In this document: one piece after another, positions 15,260 to 25,050 of the stretch
Numbering within the stretch: position 1 is the first letter of the stretch
Layout: every line of letters begins with the position of its first letter
NCBI GenBank assembly: GCA_017994615.1
Contig: JAGOKM010000006.1
Span: 1 to 32,000 of the forward strand
Reading direction: 5' to 3'
Length of the DNA: 32,000 bases
Source of the DNA: Bacillota bacterium
GTDB lineage: Bacteria; Bacillota; DTU025; MWDF01
Notes under the pieces: generated by a model
The model's database searches: none
Told to the model about the DNA's origin: nothing
The model's input: the letters and a program-made list of their open reading frames with translations, nothing else
Position numbers and translations under genes: made by a program

Positions 15260-16957
15260 TTACTTCACTTCCGACTCTTCTGAAACGAAACCTTTTACGA
15301 CGCTCTGTATTATTACGCTGGTCCTATACAAGGGCTCTCCGTCATATGGCTCGCCTTCGGCCCCCTGATCGTACGGAAGGGCCTCATCCTGGGCCCCTTC
15401 GCGCTCATAGTAGATCTCGAGCACGACTTCGTTGTTCTGGTCGGCGGACCCTATGTCTTCGAGCAATTCGGAAACGGACCTTCCGCCAGTGTCCCCGACC
15501 TTGTCTCCGATTGTGTAGGCTTCGTCCTCGTCCTCGGAGGCGCCGCCGAAGGCTGATACCGACACCGTTCCCGGGTCCGTACCTGCGGGAAGCATGACCT
15601 CGATCTGCTTTGTGTACTCCTCGCCCCTGAAAGGCCTTATCCTCACGCCGACAGACTGCGGAGTCCCCGGCACGAAGCCCCCCTCCGGAAGCTCTATGCC
15701 AGTGATTACGGATGTCAGCCTTACTGGGGCGATGTCGACGGTCACTTGAATGCCGGATACTGCCGCCTCTTCAACGTCGTTTCCGAGTATCAGGGCGATG
15801 ATGTCGGAGACTTCCCCCGTCACCGATGTCCCTATGTCGTTGCCCGACCAGACCATGTCCTCCCTTATTAGCTGCCCGGAGCCTGTCTTTATGAGCACCG
15901 ATATGTAGGCGGTGCCTTCCCCGACCCTCATTATCGAGCCGTCTATGGTGGACAGCACGGCCGAGGCTACGAGGTCCTCCATCAGCCTTTCATCCCGCAC
16001 GCATTTCAGGCTGGACGATTTCCTCCTGCCCGTTTGCATGTCGTTCGCCCTGACGGAAACGTCAGCCATGGAAGCTGTAGTGCCTATCGTGCCGGCCAGC
16101 CCATACGACCGGTCCTGCGTCACCACGGCCGACGGGGCTTCGAAAGTGCCGAGCTTGAACGGGAAGGAATCTGAGGGCAGCACTGCAAGCACCGTAGACT
16201 TCGACATGGGAAGCTCCACGGAGCCTATGTTCAGCATCGGATGCCCGAAGGCGAGGAAGCTCCTGCCGTCGGTCCATGTGAGTGTTCCTATGGCGCCGGC
16301 CTCGACGTCCCCGTTGCACATCTGGACTGCGATCGACGAGCCTGCCACGTAGCCTCCGTCCCTGTCCTCGTCGCTTGAAGATGCCCCTATCGCCATGACC
16401 GGGCTGACCTTGTAACCCTTCGACCTGAAGCCCTCCTTCAGCTCGTCAAGGGCCCTTCCGGCAAGGCCGCTCACCCATACTGGCGTCGAGGCTGGCTTGA
16501 AGCACCCCCATCCGTCGATTTCGATCCTGTCTCCGGCAGATGCCAGCTTTCCTGCCTCAAGTAGCCTGACCATCGCGCTCATCGGCGTTATTATGCCGAT
16601 AAACGGGTCGGGACCTTCTAGCACATGCGAGAGCGCGCCGATCAGCTTGCCTGAAAGATAGCAGGGGCTTCCGCTCATGCCCGCAGCTATGCCGCCTATC
16701 TCGTCTATGCTGGGGCCGGACACCCTGGCTATTATGAGGTAGTCTGAGCTGTCTTCGCCCTTCGTTACTGCCAGCACCTTGAAATCGAAGCTGGAAGGCT
16801 CGCTGCCCGCGAACACGGTGAGACCGTATCCCGACACGCCCGGCTTGATATCCTTCGGTTCCAGATAGATTGGGGCGCCAAGGGCCGCGGCTGCAAGGAA
16901 GGCGATTGACAGCAGCGCCGATGCCGCAATCCATGGGATGGCGCGTCTTCTTTGCAT
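15260..16957 (-). CDS. Peptidase S55 (SpoIVB-type serine peptidase) domain protein with a C-terminal extension
   Basis: 565 aa. N-terminal signal/anchor. GMSGSP serine motif at res 93-98 (nt 16664-16681, checked on the DNA) in the context IGGIAAGMSGSPCYLSGKLIGALSHV. A second family motif, GAIGTLTWTDGRSFLAFGHPM, lies at res ~221-241. The tail is acidic. AAGGGAG ribosome-binding site. Confidence 0.7.
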   Translation of the reverse strand: MQRRRAIPWIAASALLSIAFLAAAALGAPIYLEPKDIKPGVSGYGLTVFAGSEPSSFDFKVLAVTKGEDSSDYLIIARVSGPSIDEIGGIAAGMSGSPCYLSGKLIGALSHVLEGPDPFIGIITPMSAMVRLLEAGKLASAGDRIEIDGWGCFKPASTPVWVSGLAGRALDELKEGFRSKGYKVSPVMAIGASSSDEDRDGGYVAGSSIAVQMCNGDVEAGAIGTLTWTDGRSFLAFGHPMLNIGSVELPMSKSTVLAVLPSDSFPFKLGTFEAPSAVVTQDRSYGLAGTIGTTASMADVSVRANDMQTGRRKSSSLKCVRDERLMEDLVASAVLSTIDGSIMRVGEGTAYISVLIKTGSGQLIREDMVWSGNDIGTSVTGEVSDIIALILGNDVEEAAVSGIQVTVDIAPVRLTSVITGIELPEGGFVPGTPQSVGVRIRPFRGEEYTKQIEVMLPAGTDPGTVSVSAFGGASEDEDEAYTIGDKVGDTGGRSVSELLEDIGSADQNNEVVLEIYYEREGAQDEALPYDQGAEGEPYDGEPLYRTSVIIQSVVKGFVSEESEVK

Positions 16958-16960
16958 GGC

Positions 16961-18217
16961 CTACTCCCTTCTCATCCTGGCGCCGCACCTGGAAAGGCGC
17001 CCCTCGAAGTTCTCATAACCCCTGTCAAGATGGGAAACGTTGTGGATGTGGGTCTCACCTTCGGCGGAAAGCGCAGCCGTCACGAGGGCCGCCGACGCCC
17101 TGAGGTCCGTGGCGTTGACATGCGCTCCGGTGAGCCTGGGCACCCCTTCGATGATGGCGGTCCTGCCGCTGATCTTCACGTCGGCCCCCATCCTGGCAAG
17201 CTCCGGCGCGTGCATGAACCTGTTCTCGAATACGTTCTCCGTAACCTGCGAAGTGCCCTCTGCCGTACAGAGCGCGGCCATGAGCTGGGCCTGCATGTCG
17301 GTCGGGAAGCCTGGGTAGGGCATCGTGGTGACATCGACCGCCTTGAGGCGCCTTTCAGCGCTGACCTTTATCGCCCCCTCGAAAGCCTCTATGCTGGCCC
17401 CGGCCTCGGACAGCTTCGCCTCCAGCGGCTTTACGTGTTCTACCACGACGTTGTCGATGAAGAGAGACCCTCCGGTCGCCGCCGCGATTATCATGAAGGT
17501 CCCAGCCTCTATCCTGTCGGGTATCACGGTATGGGAAGATGCCCCCAGCTGCTCGGTGCCGTCGATCCTGAGCACAGGCGTGCCGGCGCCTCTTACCTTG
17601 GCTCCCATCTTGTTGAGGAAGTTCGCAAGGTCAACTATCTCAGGCTCCCTCGCAGCGTTCTCTATGATAGTCCTTCCTTCGGCCGTGGCTGCGGCCATCA
17701 TTATGTTCTCTGTCGCCCCTACGCTCGGGAAGTCCAAGTATACCCTGTCGCCCTTGAGCCTTCCGTCGACGCTGGCCTTTACGACGCCGCCGCTCATGTC
17801 GATCTTCGCCCCCAGCGCCGCGAAGCCCTTGAGGTGCAAGTCGATCGGCCTTGCGCCTATGGCGCAGCCGCCCGGCTGGTAGATATGCGCGCTGCCCAAC
17901 CTAGCAAGCAGGGGCCCCATGACGAGAAACGACGCCCTCATGGCCCTGACCATCTCATAAGGCGGTTCGTTGCCGTCGAGGGCGGTGGAATCGACGGTCA
18001 GGACGTTGCCCTCCATGATCACATGGGCGCCCAGCGCCTCCACCACGCCCCGCATCGTCTCGATGTCCTTGAGCCTCGGGACGTCCTCTATCGTCGATAT
18101 GCCTGAGGGAAGCAGGGCAGCGGCTATCAGGGGCAGGGACGAGTTCTTCGCCCCTCCCACCCTTACGGTTCCGTCTATCTTCCTGCCGCCTTCTACTACA
18201 AGCGTGTTTAGATCCAT
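16961..18217 (-). CDS. murA: UDP-N-acetylglucosamine 1-carboxyvinyltransferase MurA
   Basis: 418 aa. VEGGRKIDGTVRVGGAKNSSLPLIAAALL at the N-terminus, active-site region ...YQPGGCAIGARPIDLH..., and a full-length EPSP-synthase-fold pattern. GGAGGT ribosome-binding site. Confidence 0.95.
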   Translation of the reverse strand: MDLNTLVVEGGRKIDGTVRVGGAKNSSLPLIAAALLPSGISTIEDVPRLKDIETMRGVVEALGAHVIMEGNVLTVDSTALDGNEPPYEMVRAMRASFLVMGPLLARLGSAHIYQPGGCAIGARPIDLHLKGFAALGAKIDMSGGVVKASVDGRLKGDRVYLDFPSVGATENIMMAAATAEGRTIIENAAREPEIVDLANFLNKMGAKVRGAGTPVLRIDGTEQLGASSHTVIPDRIEAGTFMIIAAATGGSLFIDNVVVEHVKPLEAKLSEAGASIEAFEGAIKVSAERRLKAVDVTTMPYPGFPTDMQAQLMAALCTAEGTSQVTENVFENRFMHAPELARMGADVKISGRTAIIEGVPRLTGAHVNATDLRASAALVTAALSAEGETHIHNVSHLDRGYENFEGRLSRCGARMRRE

Positions 18218-18234
18218 TTCGTTACCTCCGGAAC

Positions 18235-19362
18235 CTATGCGTAATCCTCGGGCCTTGATGAAAGGCCGAAGGAGTATTTCACGGCTTCTGTTATCCTCGA
18301 CGACGCCTTGCCGTCCCCGAAAGGGTTGCGGCTGCCTGACATCCTCTTGTATTCCTTCTCGTCCTCGAGCAGCTCCCCTGCCATCCGCCTTATGACGCGC
18401 GGGTCTGTGCCTGCGAGCTTAAGCGTGCCGGCATCCAGCCCCTCGGCCCTTTCGGTCACGTTCCTCAGGACGAGCACCGGCTTTCCGAGCGAAGGGGCCT
18501 CCTCCTGTATGCCGCCCGAATCGCTCATGCAGAAGTAGGAGTTCTTCATGGCCAGCACCATGTCCGGATAAGACATCGGCCGGGTAAGATGGCATCTGTC
18601 GACGCCGTCCAGCAGGCCTCGGACCGTCGATGCGACACGCGGGTTCGGATGCACCGGCAGCAGGACCTTCACGTCAGGGTAGTCTTGAAGGATGCCCTTT
18701 ACGGCCGCGCAGATGTTCTCTATCCCTTCGCCGATGCTCTCCCTCCTGTGGGCGGTCACGAGGATCAGGCGCCCCGGTCCGAACACCGCCTCGGCCAGGT
18801 CGCCGTCCTCAAGCCTGTCGACCCTTGAGGCCGTCTTGAGCACCGCGTCGACCGCGGTGTTGCCTGTCACGAAGATCGACTCCGGCGCGACGCCCTCTTC
18901 GGTGAGGTTCCTCCTGTGGGTGCCAAGCGGGGCGAAGTGCAAGTCGGCAAGGCTTCCTATCAGCTTCCTGTTCATCTCCTCGGGGAACGGGTTGAACTTG
19001 TCGTGAGTCCGCAGCCCCGCTTCGACGTGCCCCACCTTGATGCCAGAATAGAAAGACGCAAGGGATACCACGAAACCTGTCGATGTGTCCCCGTGCACCA
19101 GCACGAGGTCCGGCTTTGCCTCTGCCAAAGCCTCCATGCATGCAGGAAGCCCTCTGGTTACGATGTCGGCGAGGCTCTGGTCCGGCTTCATTATCCCGAG
19201 GTCCATGTCGGGCTCCACACCGAAGACCCTCAGGACATCGTCCAGCATCTGCCTGTGCTGCCCCGTCGAAAGGGCGAGCACCTCCAGGTCCGGCTCCTTT
19301 TTGAGCGCTTCTACCACCGGCATCATCTTTATGGTGTCGGGCCTGGTTCCGAAGGCCGCCAT
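18235..19362 (-). CDS. wecB: UDP-N-acetylglucosamine 2-epimerase (non-hydrolysing; WecB/MnaA)
   Basis: Family N-terminus MAAFGTRPDTIKMMPVVEAL...LSTGQHRQMLD and the ...HVEAGLRT... motif. I place the start at ATG 19362 (AAGAGG upstream). A TTG at 19374 overlapping the upstream stop is an alternative. The ORF-track start at 19488 would overlap the upstream gene by 118 nt. Confidence 0.9.
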   Translation of the reverse strand: MAAFGTRPDTIKMMPVVEALKKEPDLEVLALSTGQHRQMLDDVLRVFGVEPDMDLGIMKPDQSLADIVTRGLPACMEALAEAKPDLVLVHGDTSTGFVVSLASFYSGIKVGHVEAGLRTHDKFNPFPEEMNRKLIGSLADLHFAPLGTHRRNLTEEGVAPESIFVTGNTAVDAVLKTASRVDRLEDGDLAEAVFGPGRLILVTAHRRESIGEGIENICAAVKGILQDYPDVKVLLPVHPNPRVASTVRGLLDGVDRCHLTRPMSYPDMVLAMKNSYFCMSDSGGIQEEAPSLGKPVLVLRNVTERAEGLDAGTLKLAGTDPRVIRRMAGELLEDEKEYKRMSGSRNPFGDGKASSRITEAVKYSFGLSSRPEDYA

Positions 19363-19370
19363 TATCCTCT

Positions 19371-20426
19371 TCAACCTTTGCGTACCATCCTCTCCCTTAT
19401 CTTCCGCCCGAGCTTCCCCAGCTTGAACATGCCGGCTACCGCCCCCAGGCCGATTAGCGCGGCGAAGGCCACGAAGGCGATGAACCATCCCTTTGAGGTC
19501 GCATCCTGCCTGGAGATGTAATAGCCGGTAAGGGAGAGTACCACTGTGACAGCGTAGATTATGCCCACCGCCTGCCTCTGGGTAAGCCCCATCTTCAGCA
19601 GCCTGTGGTGTATGTGCTGGTCGTCGCCCTCCCCTATGCTGGCCTTCCTGGCCACGCGCCTTAGTATGGCGAGAGTAGTGTCCATCACGGCCACCCCCAT
19701 CAGGACGACAGGTATTGCTATAGTCAGGGTGGCCGGCCCTTTAAGCGCGCCGACGGCGCTGATGCCGCCCATGGCGGCCCCTATGAACATCGCACCCGTG
19801 TCGCCCATGAATATCTGGGCGGGGTGGAAGTTGTGCCATAGGAAGCCCAAGCAGGAGCCCGACAGTATGACCGAGATTATCGCGACGTCGATGTGCCCTT
19901 TGCCGTAGGCTATTATGCCCAGTCCCATCGAACTTATAGCAACAACCCCGGACGCCAGGCCGTCGAGACCGTCAAGGAAGTTTACTGCGTTCACGAAGGA
20001 GAGTATCCACACTACGCTGAACGGGTAAGACAGCCATCCCAGGTATATCATGCCTCCGAGCGGGTCCGATATGAACTCCATGCGCACTCCCATGTACACC
20101 ATGGCGGTCGCGCCTATGAGCTGGCCTGCGAACTTCACCAACGGCCTGAGCTCAAGGATGTCGTCTATTACGCCGACTGCCATTATGAAGCCCGACCCTA
20201 GTATCAGCCCCCGCACCCAGCCTGACAGCTCCAAGCGCATCAGCGACGTCGCAAGGAAGGCTACGAATATCGCGAGCCCGCCGATGAGCGGGACGGGCCT
20301 TTCATGTATGTGCCTGCCCCTGGGTTTGTCGACTATGCCTGCCTTCGTGGCCAGCCAGCCCACGGCCGGTGTCAGCGCAAGGGATATGGCCGTTGCGAGC
20401 ATGAAGCCTATTGCCATGAGGTTCAA
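19371..20426 (-). CDS. wecA: Undecaprenyl-phosphate GlcNAc-1-phosphate transferase (MraY-like glycosyltransferase family 4; WecA/TagO type)
   Basis: 351 aa, polytopic. ...[25 protein letters not shown]..., [13 protein letters not shown] and IFMGDTG motifs. The TTG start overlaps the upstream stop (TTGA), with AAGGAG upstream. Confidence 0.85.
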   Translation of the reverse strand: MNLMAIGFMLATAISLALTPAVGWLATKAGIVDKPRGRHIHERPVPLIGGLAIFVAFLATSLMRLELSGWVRGLILGSGFIMAVGVIDDILELRPLVKFAGQLIGATAMVYMGVRMEFISDPLGGMIYLGWLSYPFSVVWILSFVNAVNFLDGLDGLASGVVAISSMGLGIIAYGKGHIDVAIISVILSGSCLGFLWHNFHPAQIFMGDTGAMFIGAAMGGISAVGALKGPATLTIAIPVVLMGVAVMDTTLAILRRVARKASIGEGDDQHIHHRLLKMGLTQRQAVGIIYAVTVVLSLTGYYISRQDATSKGWFIAFVAFAALIGLGAVAGMFKLGKLGRKIRERMVRKG

Positions 20427-20890
20427 TTCTCGGTAGCTCCTTCCGGATCAAGCCTTCTGAGCCTGATGCCCGCCTCGGCCAGCATGGAAACCGACATGTC
20501 GTCTGGGTATCCGCCCTCGTAGACGATTTCCGTTATGCCTGCGTTTATGAGCATCTTGGCGCACACCACGCAAGGCTGGAAGGTGCAGTAGATCGTGCTG
20601 CCGTCCAGCTGCACGCCATGCACCGCCGCCTGTATGATGCAGTTCTGCTCGGCGTGGAGCCCCCGGCAGAGCTCGTGCCTCTGCCCGGAGGGGATGTTCA
20701 GCTGCTGCCTTATGCAGCCGACCTCCTCGCAGTGCCTCAGGCCCTTGGGGGTACCGTTGTAGCCGGTGGCGAGTATCCGCCTGTCGTTCACCGCTATGGC
20801 GCCTACGCTGCGCCTCAGGCATGTAGACCTTGTGGCCACCATCCTGGCTATGTCCATGAAATACCTGTCCCAGCTGGGCCTGGAGTTCAT
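20423..20890 (-). CDS. dCMP (deoxycytidylate) deaminase, ComEB-like
   Basis: 155 aa. Zinc-binding cytidine/deoxycytidylate deaminase motifs HAEQNCI and [21 protein letters not shown] ribosome-binding site. Confidence 0.85.
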   Translation of the reverse strand: MNSRPSWDRYFMDIARMVATRSTCLRRSVGAIAVNDRRILATGYNGTPKGLRHCEEVGCIRQQLNIPSGQRHELCRGLHAEQNCIIQAAVHGVQLDGSTIYCTFQPCVVCAKMLINAGITEIVYEGGYPDDMSVSMLAEAGIRLRRLDPEGATEN

Positions 20891-20903
20891 AGGGAGGTCC
20901 TCC

Positions 20904-21992
20904 TCACTTCGTTCCGTAAAGCCTGTCGCCCGCGTCTCCCAGCCCCGGCACGATGTAACCGTGGTCGTTCAGCTTCTCGTCGACCGCAGCTACGTAGATC
21001 TCCACGTCCGGATGGGCCTCGAGGATCTTCCTTATCCCGACCGGGGCGGATACTATGGAGACAACCTTGATGCTCCTGGCGCCGGCCTCCTTGAGCAGGT
21101 CTATCCCTTTGACTATCGTGCCGCCCGTCGCCAGCATCGGATCCACCAGGATCATGCTCCTCTCGGAGGTGTCGAGGGGCAGCTTGGAATAGTACTGGAC
21201 GGGCATGAGCGTCTCGGGGTCTCTGTAAAGGCCTATGTGACCCATCCTTGCGCCGGGCATCATCTCAAGTATCGATTCGGCCATCGCAAGCCCGGCCCTC
21301 AGAACCGCCACTATGCCGAAATGCTTGCCCGCCATGACCTTCGCCTTGGCCTTGCATATGGGAGTCTCGATGTCTACTTCTGCAAGCGGCACGTCCCTTG
21401 TCACTTCATAGGCCATCAGCTTCGCCATCTCGGACACCAGCTCCCTGAAGTGCCTGGGCTCGGTGTCCTTCTGCCTCATGAGGCACAGTTTGTGCTGTAT
21501 CAGCGGGTGCTCTATGACATGCACGTTCGCATGGCCCTCCCAGCCGCCCTTTGGGGCGGGGGCCTCCTCCAGCTTGCACACGCGCCTCCTGTGCCTGCCC
21601 TCCTGGAACTCGGCCGCAAGCCATGTCTCCAGCATCTCGGGTGCTATCTCCGCGCTCGGGGTGCGGGCCCCTATGCACATCACGTTCGCGTCGTTGTGCT
21701 CCCTTGACAGCCTTGCGGTCTCAAGGTCGTATACTACAGCCGCCCTTATCCCGGGCACTTTGTTCGCCTTGATTGACATGCCTATGCCGGTCCCGCAGAT
21801 GAGGACCCCCCTGTCCGCCTCGCCTCGCGCCACGTCCTCTGCCACGAGGGCCGCGAAGTCAGGGTAGTCAACCGACGTCGAAACGTAAGTCCCGCGGTCA
21901 ACAGCAGTATGACCGAGGGATTGGATCTTGCCTATAAGCTTCTTCTTAAGGTCGAAACCAGCGTGGTCGGAACCGATGGAAACCTTCATCAT
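20904..21992 (-). CDS. Fusion protein: ribose-5-phosphate isomerase B (res 1-~148) plus uracil phosphoribosyltransferase (res ~157-362)
   Basis: The N-terminal [18 protein letters not shown]...[15 protein letters not shown]...EGRHRRRV is RpiB/LacAB-type. The C-terminal [13 protein letters not shown]...[12 protein letters not shown]...[17 protein letters not shown] is Upp. One open frame spans both with no stop between them. Confidence 0.85.
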   Translation of the reverse strand: MMKVSIGSDHAGFDLKKKLIGKIQSLGHTAVDRGTYVSTSVDYPDFAALVAEDVARGEADRGVLICGTGIGMSIKANKVPGIRAAVVYDLETARLSREHNDANVMCIGARTPSAEIAPEMLETWLAAEFQEGRHRRRVCKLEEAPAPKGGWEGHANVHVIEHPLIQHKLCLMRQKDTEPRHFRELVSEMAKLMAYEVTRDVPLAEVDIETPICKAKAKVMAGKHFGIVAVLRAGLAMAESILEMMPGARMGHIGLYRDPETLMPVQYYSKLPLDTSERSMILVDPMLATGGTIVKGIDLLKEAGARSIKVVSIVSAPVGIRKILEAHPDVEIYVAAVDEKLNDHGYIVPGLGDAGDRLYGTK

Positions 21993-22007
21993 CGCACCTC
22001 CGGAACG

Positions 22008-23105
22008 TCATCTCTCCTCGACCGTGAAAACCCTGCCGTCGCAGGCCCTGATGAGGCGGTTCATGACCGCGAACCCCGGGCCTTCCTCGACGTATGAAGT
22101 AGCCAGTATGATGTCCACCTCGGACATGTCCAGCTGCCTCAGGCATGAGAAGAGCGACGAGGCGACCTCGCTCATTTTCTCTCGCCTGCCTGTCGCCGCA
22201 TAGACTATGTCCGAATCAAGGCTCGGGGCGTCAGCGGCCGAAAGCCCGGCCAGCCTTGCCGATTTCCTTATCTTCTCTATCTCGCCGGTGGCGGCGAGAA
22301 TGCCCACCCTGCTGGAGTTCCTGGCCAGGGAGACCATCTCCCTGCCTATCGTGGATATCTGCTCTTCGACGGGCCCTTTGTAAAGGAAAAGGGGGGCCCT
22401 CGGGGCGTAGTGCCTGTGCCTCAATCCCGGCGACCTGGCTGGCCCGTCCGGGTTGTCCATCCCCATCTCGATGGACGGAAGCACCAGCTTGATATCCTCC
22501 AGCCCCAATCCGCCCGGCCTTAAGAGGCTCGGCATCGGGCCGCTCATGTCTACCACCGTCGATTCGACGCCTATCCTCGCCGGTCCGCCGTCGATCACCA
22601 TGTCTATTACCCCGGAGAGGTCGCTCATCACATGCTCCCCGCTAGTCGTGCTGGGCCGGCCCGATACGTTGGCGGAAGGGGCAGCGATCGGCACGCCGGA
22701 TGCTTCTATCAACCTCAAGGCTATGTCGTTCGCCGGCATCCTTATGGCCACGGTCTTAAGGCCCGCCGTCACCACATCCGGCACGATGGGCCTCTTCTTC
22801 AGCACCATCGTCAAAGGCCCTGGCCAGAACATATGGGCCAGGCGAAGGGCGTCATCCGGCACCTCCGAGGCCAGCTCATGGAGCGACTCCATGTCGGAGA
22901 TGTGCAGGATGAGGGGGTTGTCCTGGGGCCTTCCTTTGGCTTTGAATATCTTTGCCACCGCATCCGGGTCGAATCCGTTGGCGCCGAGTCCGTATACGGT
23001 CTCCGTCGGGAAGGCGACCAGCCCCCCGGCCTTTATGATCCCAGCCGCCTTCTGTATGCCCCCCTCGTTAATCCCGGAGGTCATGTTGACGTAGACGGTA
23101 TCCAT
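22008..23105 (-). CDS. tsaC: L-threonylcarbamoyladenylate synthase, long Sua5/YwlC form (YrdC domain plus Sua5 C-terminal domain)
   Basis: 365 aa. ...GGLVAFPTETVYGLGANGFDPDAVAKIFKAKGRPQDNPLILHI... and ...SANVSGRPS... Confidence 0.9.
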   Translation of the reverse strand: MDTVYVNMTSGINEGGIQKAAGIIKAGGLVAFPTETVYGLGANGFDPDAVAKIFKAKGRPQDNPLILHISDMESLHELASEVPDDALRLAHMFWPGPLTMVLKKRPIVPDVVTAGLKTVAIRMPANDIALRLIEASGVPIAAPSANVSGRPSTTSGEHVMSDLSGVIDMVIDGGPARIGVESTVVDMSGPMPSLLRPGGLGLEDIKLVLPSIEMGMDNPDGPARSPGLRHRHYAPRAPLFLYKGPVEEQISTIGREMVSLARNSSRVGILAATGEIEKIRKSARLAGLSAADAPSLDSDIVYAATGRREKMSEVASSLFSCLRQLDMSEVDIILATSYVEEGPGFAVMNRLIRACDGRVFTVEER

Positions 23106-23117
23106 GGGAAGCCTCCT

Positions 23118-23990
23118 TCATGCGGTCGCTAGCACTACCCTGTCCAGTCCTGCAAGGTCCTTCCGGATGCGGACCTGCTTGAAGCCCGCCTCATGGAGCA
23201 TCGACGATACTGGCCCGGACTGGCTGCTGCCTATCTCCATCACTAGAGACCCTTGCGGCTTGATCCATACCGGGGCCTCCGTGCAGATCCTCCTATAGAA
23301 TTGAAGCCCGTCCGGGCCTCCGTCGAGGGCCAGCCTCGGCTCATGCCTTGCTACCTCCGGTTCCAGCCCGTCGATCTCCGAGCTTGCGATATAGGGCGGG
23401 TTTGCCATGATTACGTCGAACTTGCCCCTGAAGCCCTCCGGCAGCGCGTCGAAAAGGTCGCCTGAAAACAGCTCGGTCCTGTCCGACAGGCCGTATTCCG
23501 ACACGTTCCTGCTGGCCACTTCGAGGGCGCATTCCGAGATGTCAGTGAATACGATATGGGCGCCAGGCACGCTGATGGCGAAATGGATGCCGGCAGCCCC
23601 GGCCCCGCAGCACAGCTCCGCAGCCAGCGGCCGCTCAAGCCCCCCGGCGGCCTCCACCGCCGCCTCCGCCATGAGCTCGGTTTCAGGCCTGGGTACCAGT
23701 ACATCCCTGCTTACGTGCAGCTGCCTGCCCATGAATTCCTTCCTTCCGGTTATATACGCCACGGGCTCCCGCCTTCCGCGCCTCATTATGGCCTGCCTGT
23801 AAAGGTCCACCGTCCGCTCGTCGAGCCCCCGGTCGAAGCCCACGTAGAGCTGGATCCTGCTGCAACCGAGAATGTCCGCCAGCAGCACCTCGGCATCGAG
23901 CCTCGGCGAGGACGACCCTCTGGCCGCCAGGTATGATGCCGACCTGTTAAGAAGGTCCAGCACCGTCGGGCGAGCCCCCGTTTCATTCAT
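23118..23990 (-). CDS. prmC: Release-factor glutamine N5-methyltransferase PrmC (HemK)
   Basis: 290 aa. The NPPY motif ([10 protein letters not shown]), a SAM-binding CCGAGAAG region, and ...[14 protein letters not shown].... It overlaps the prfA stop by 8 nt. Confidence 0.9.
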   Translation of the reverse strand: MNETGARPTVLDLLNRSASYLAARGSSSPRLDAEVLLADILGCSRIQLYVGFDRGLDERTVDLYRQAIMRRGRREPVAYITGRKEFMGRQLHVSRDVLVPRPETELMAEAAVEAAGGLERPLAAELCCGAGAAGIHFAISVPGAHIVFTDISECALEVASRNVSEYGLSDRTELFSGDLFDALPEGFRGKFDVIMANPPYIASSEIDGLEPEVARHEPRLALDGGPDGLQFYRRICTEAPVWIKPQGSLVMEIGSSQSGPVSSMLHEAGFKQVRIRKDLAGLDRVVLATA

Positions 23991-25050
23991 CCTTCTTCAG
24001 CCTTTCGCTCTGCTCGCTCAAAACCAGCGCGTCTATCACCTCGTCTATGTCGCCGTCCATGATCAGGTCAAGCTTGTGCAGTGTAAGCCCTATCCTGTGG
24101 TCGGTCATGCGGTTCTGCGGGAAGTTGTAGGTCCTTATGCGCTCGGAGCGGTCCCCGGTGCCCACCAGGCTCTTCCTGTGCTGCGAGTACTTGGACTGCT
24201 GCTCTTCTATCGTCTTCTCAAGGAGCCTCGACCTTAGGACCTTCATAGCCTTCTCCTTGTTCTTAAGCTGCGACCTCTCGTCCTGGCACTGCACGACCAG
24301 CCCGGATGGGATGTGGGTTATCCTCACGGCAGAGTCCGTCATGTTCACGCTCTGGCCGCCGTGGCCTCCCGAGCGGAAGACGTCCACTCTCAGGTCGTTG
24401 GGGTTGATCTCGACGTCCACCTCCTCGGCCTCGGGCATCACCGCCACGGTGGCGGCAGAAGTGTGTATCCTGCCCTGTGCTTCGGTATCGGGCACCCTCT
24501 GCACCCTGTGGACGCCTGATTCGAATTTCAACCTCGAGTATACCTGGTCTCCGGAGATCATCACTATGACCTCCTTGAACCCGCCAAGGCCCGTCTCGGA
24601 GGAGCTCATCATCTCCAGCTTCCAGCCCTTCCTCTCGGCGTACCTTCCGTACATCCTGAGAAGGTCCCCTGCGAACAGGGCCGCCTCGTCCCCGCCGGTC
24701 CCAGCACGTATCTCCAGCATGACGTTCTTCTCGTCCAGAGGGTCCTTTGGAAGCAGCAGCAACTTTAGCTTCTCTATAAGGCGCTCCTTCTCTTTTTCGA
24801 GGCCCTGGACCTCTTCGGAGGCCATGGCCTTCAGCTCCGGGTCCTCCTCGTGCCACATTATCTCCTGGGCCCCGGACAGCTGTTCTTCCACCGTCCTGAG
24901 CCTCCTGAAGCTTTCGACTATGGGCTGCAGCGAGCTGTGCGCCTTGCTCGTCTTCCTGAACTGCTCCATGTCGGACACGACATCGGGGGAGGACAGGCTC
25001 GCTTCGAGCTCCTCGAACCTCTTCTCAACGTCGACCAGCTTCTCTATCAT
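23983..25050 (-). CDS. prfA: Peptide chain release factor 1
   Basis: 355 aa. GGQ motif ([24 protein letters not shown]), RF1-type [24 protein letters not shown], and a typical C-terminus [18 protein letters not shown]. Confidence 0.95.
   Translation of the reverse strand: MIEKLVDVEKRFEELEASLSSPDVVSDMEQFRKTSKAHSSLQPIVESFRRLRTVEEQLSGAQEIMWHEEDPELKAMASEEVQGLEKEKERLIEKLKLLLLPKDPLDEKNVMLEIRAGTGGDEAALFAGDLLRMYGRYAERKGWKLEMMSSSETGLGGFKEVIVMISGDQVYSRLKFESGVHRVQRVPDTEAQGRIHTSAATVAVMPEAEEVDVEINPNDLRVDVFRSGGHGGQSVNMTDSAVRITHIPSGLVVQCQDERSQLKNKEKAMKVLRSRLLEKTIEEQQSKYSQHRKSLVGTGDRSERIRTYNFPQNRMTDHRIGLTLHKLDLIMDGDIDEVIDALVLSEQSERLKKDE

Noticed and set aside
16952-18106. 384-aa plus-strand ORF
   Set aside because: It lies antisense to an unmistakable full-length murA. 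The product is Arg/Pro/Gly-rich with no motif.
19363-19488. 42-codon N-terminal extension of the UDP-GlcNAc 2-epimerase ORF
   Set aside because: It would overlap the upstream wecA gene by 118 nt. It is Arg/Gly-rich and lies upstream of the conserved family N-terminus (MAAFGTRPD...).
20766-21707. 313-aa plus-strand ORF. Similar cases at 24137-25132 (331 aa), 6105-6893 (262 aa), 7126-7713, 12808-13398, 18916-19521 and 22453-23094
   Set aside because: All are antisense shadows of minus-strand genes with strong family motifs (upp/rpiB, prfA, DUF3084-like, lptB, skp, wecB, sua5). None has a ribosome-binding site or motif that I could see.
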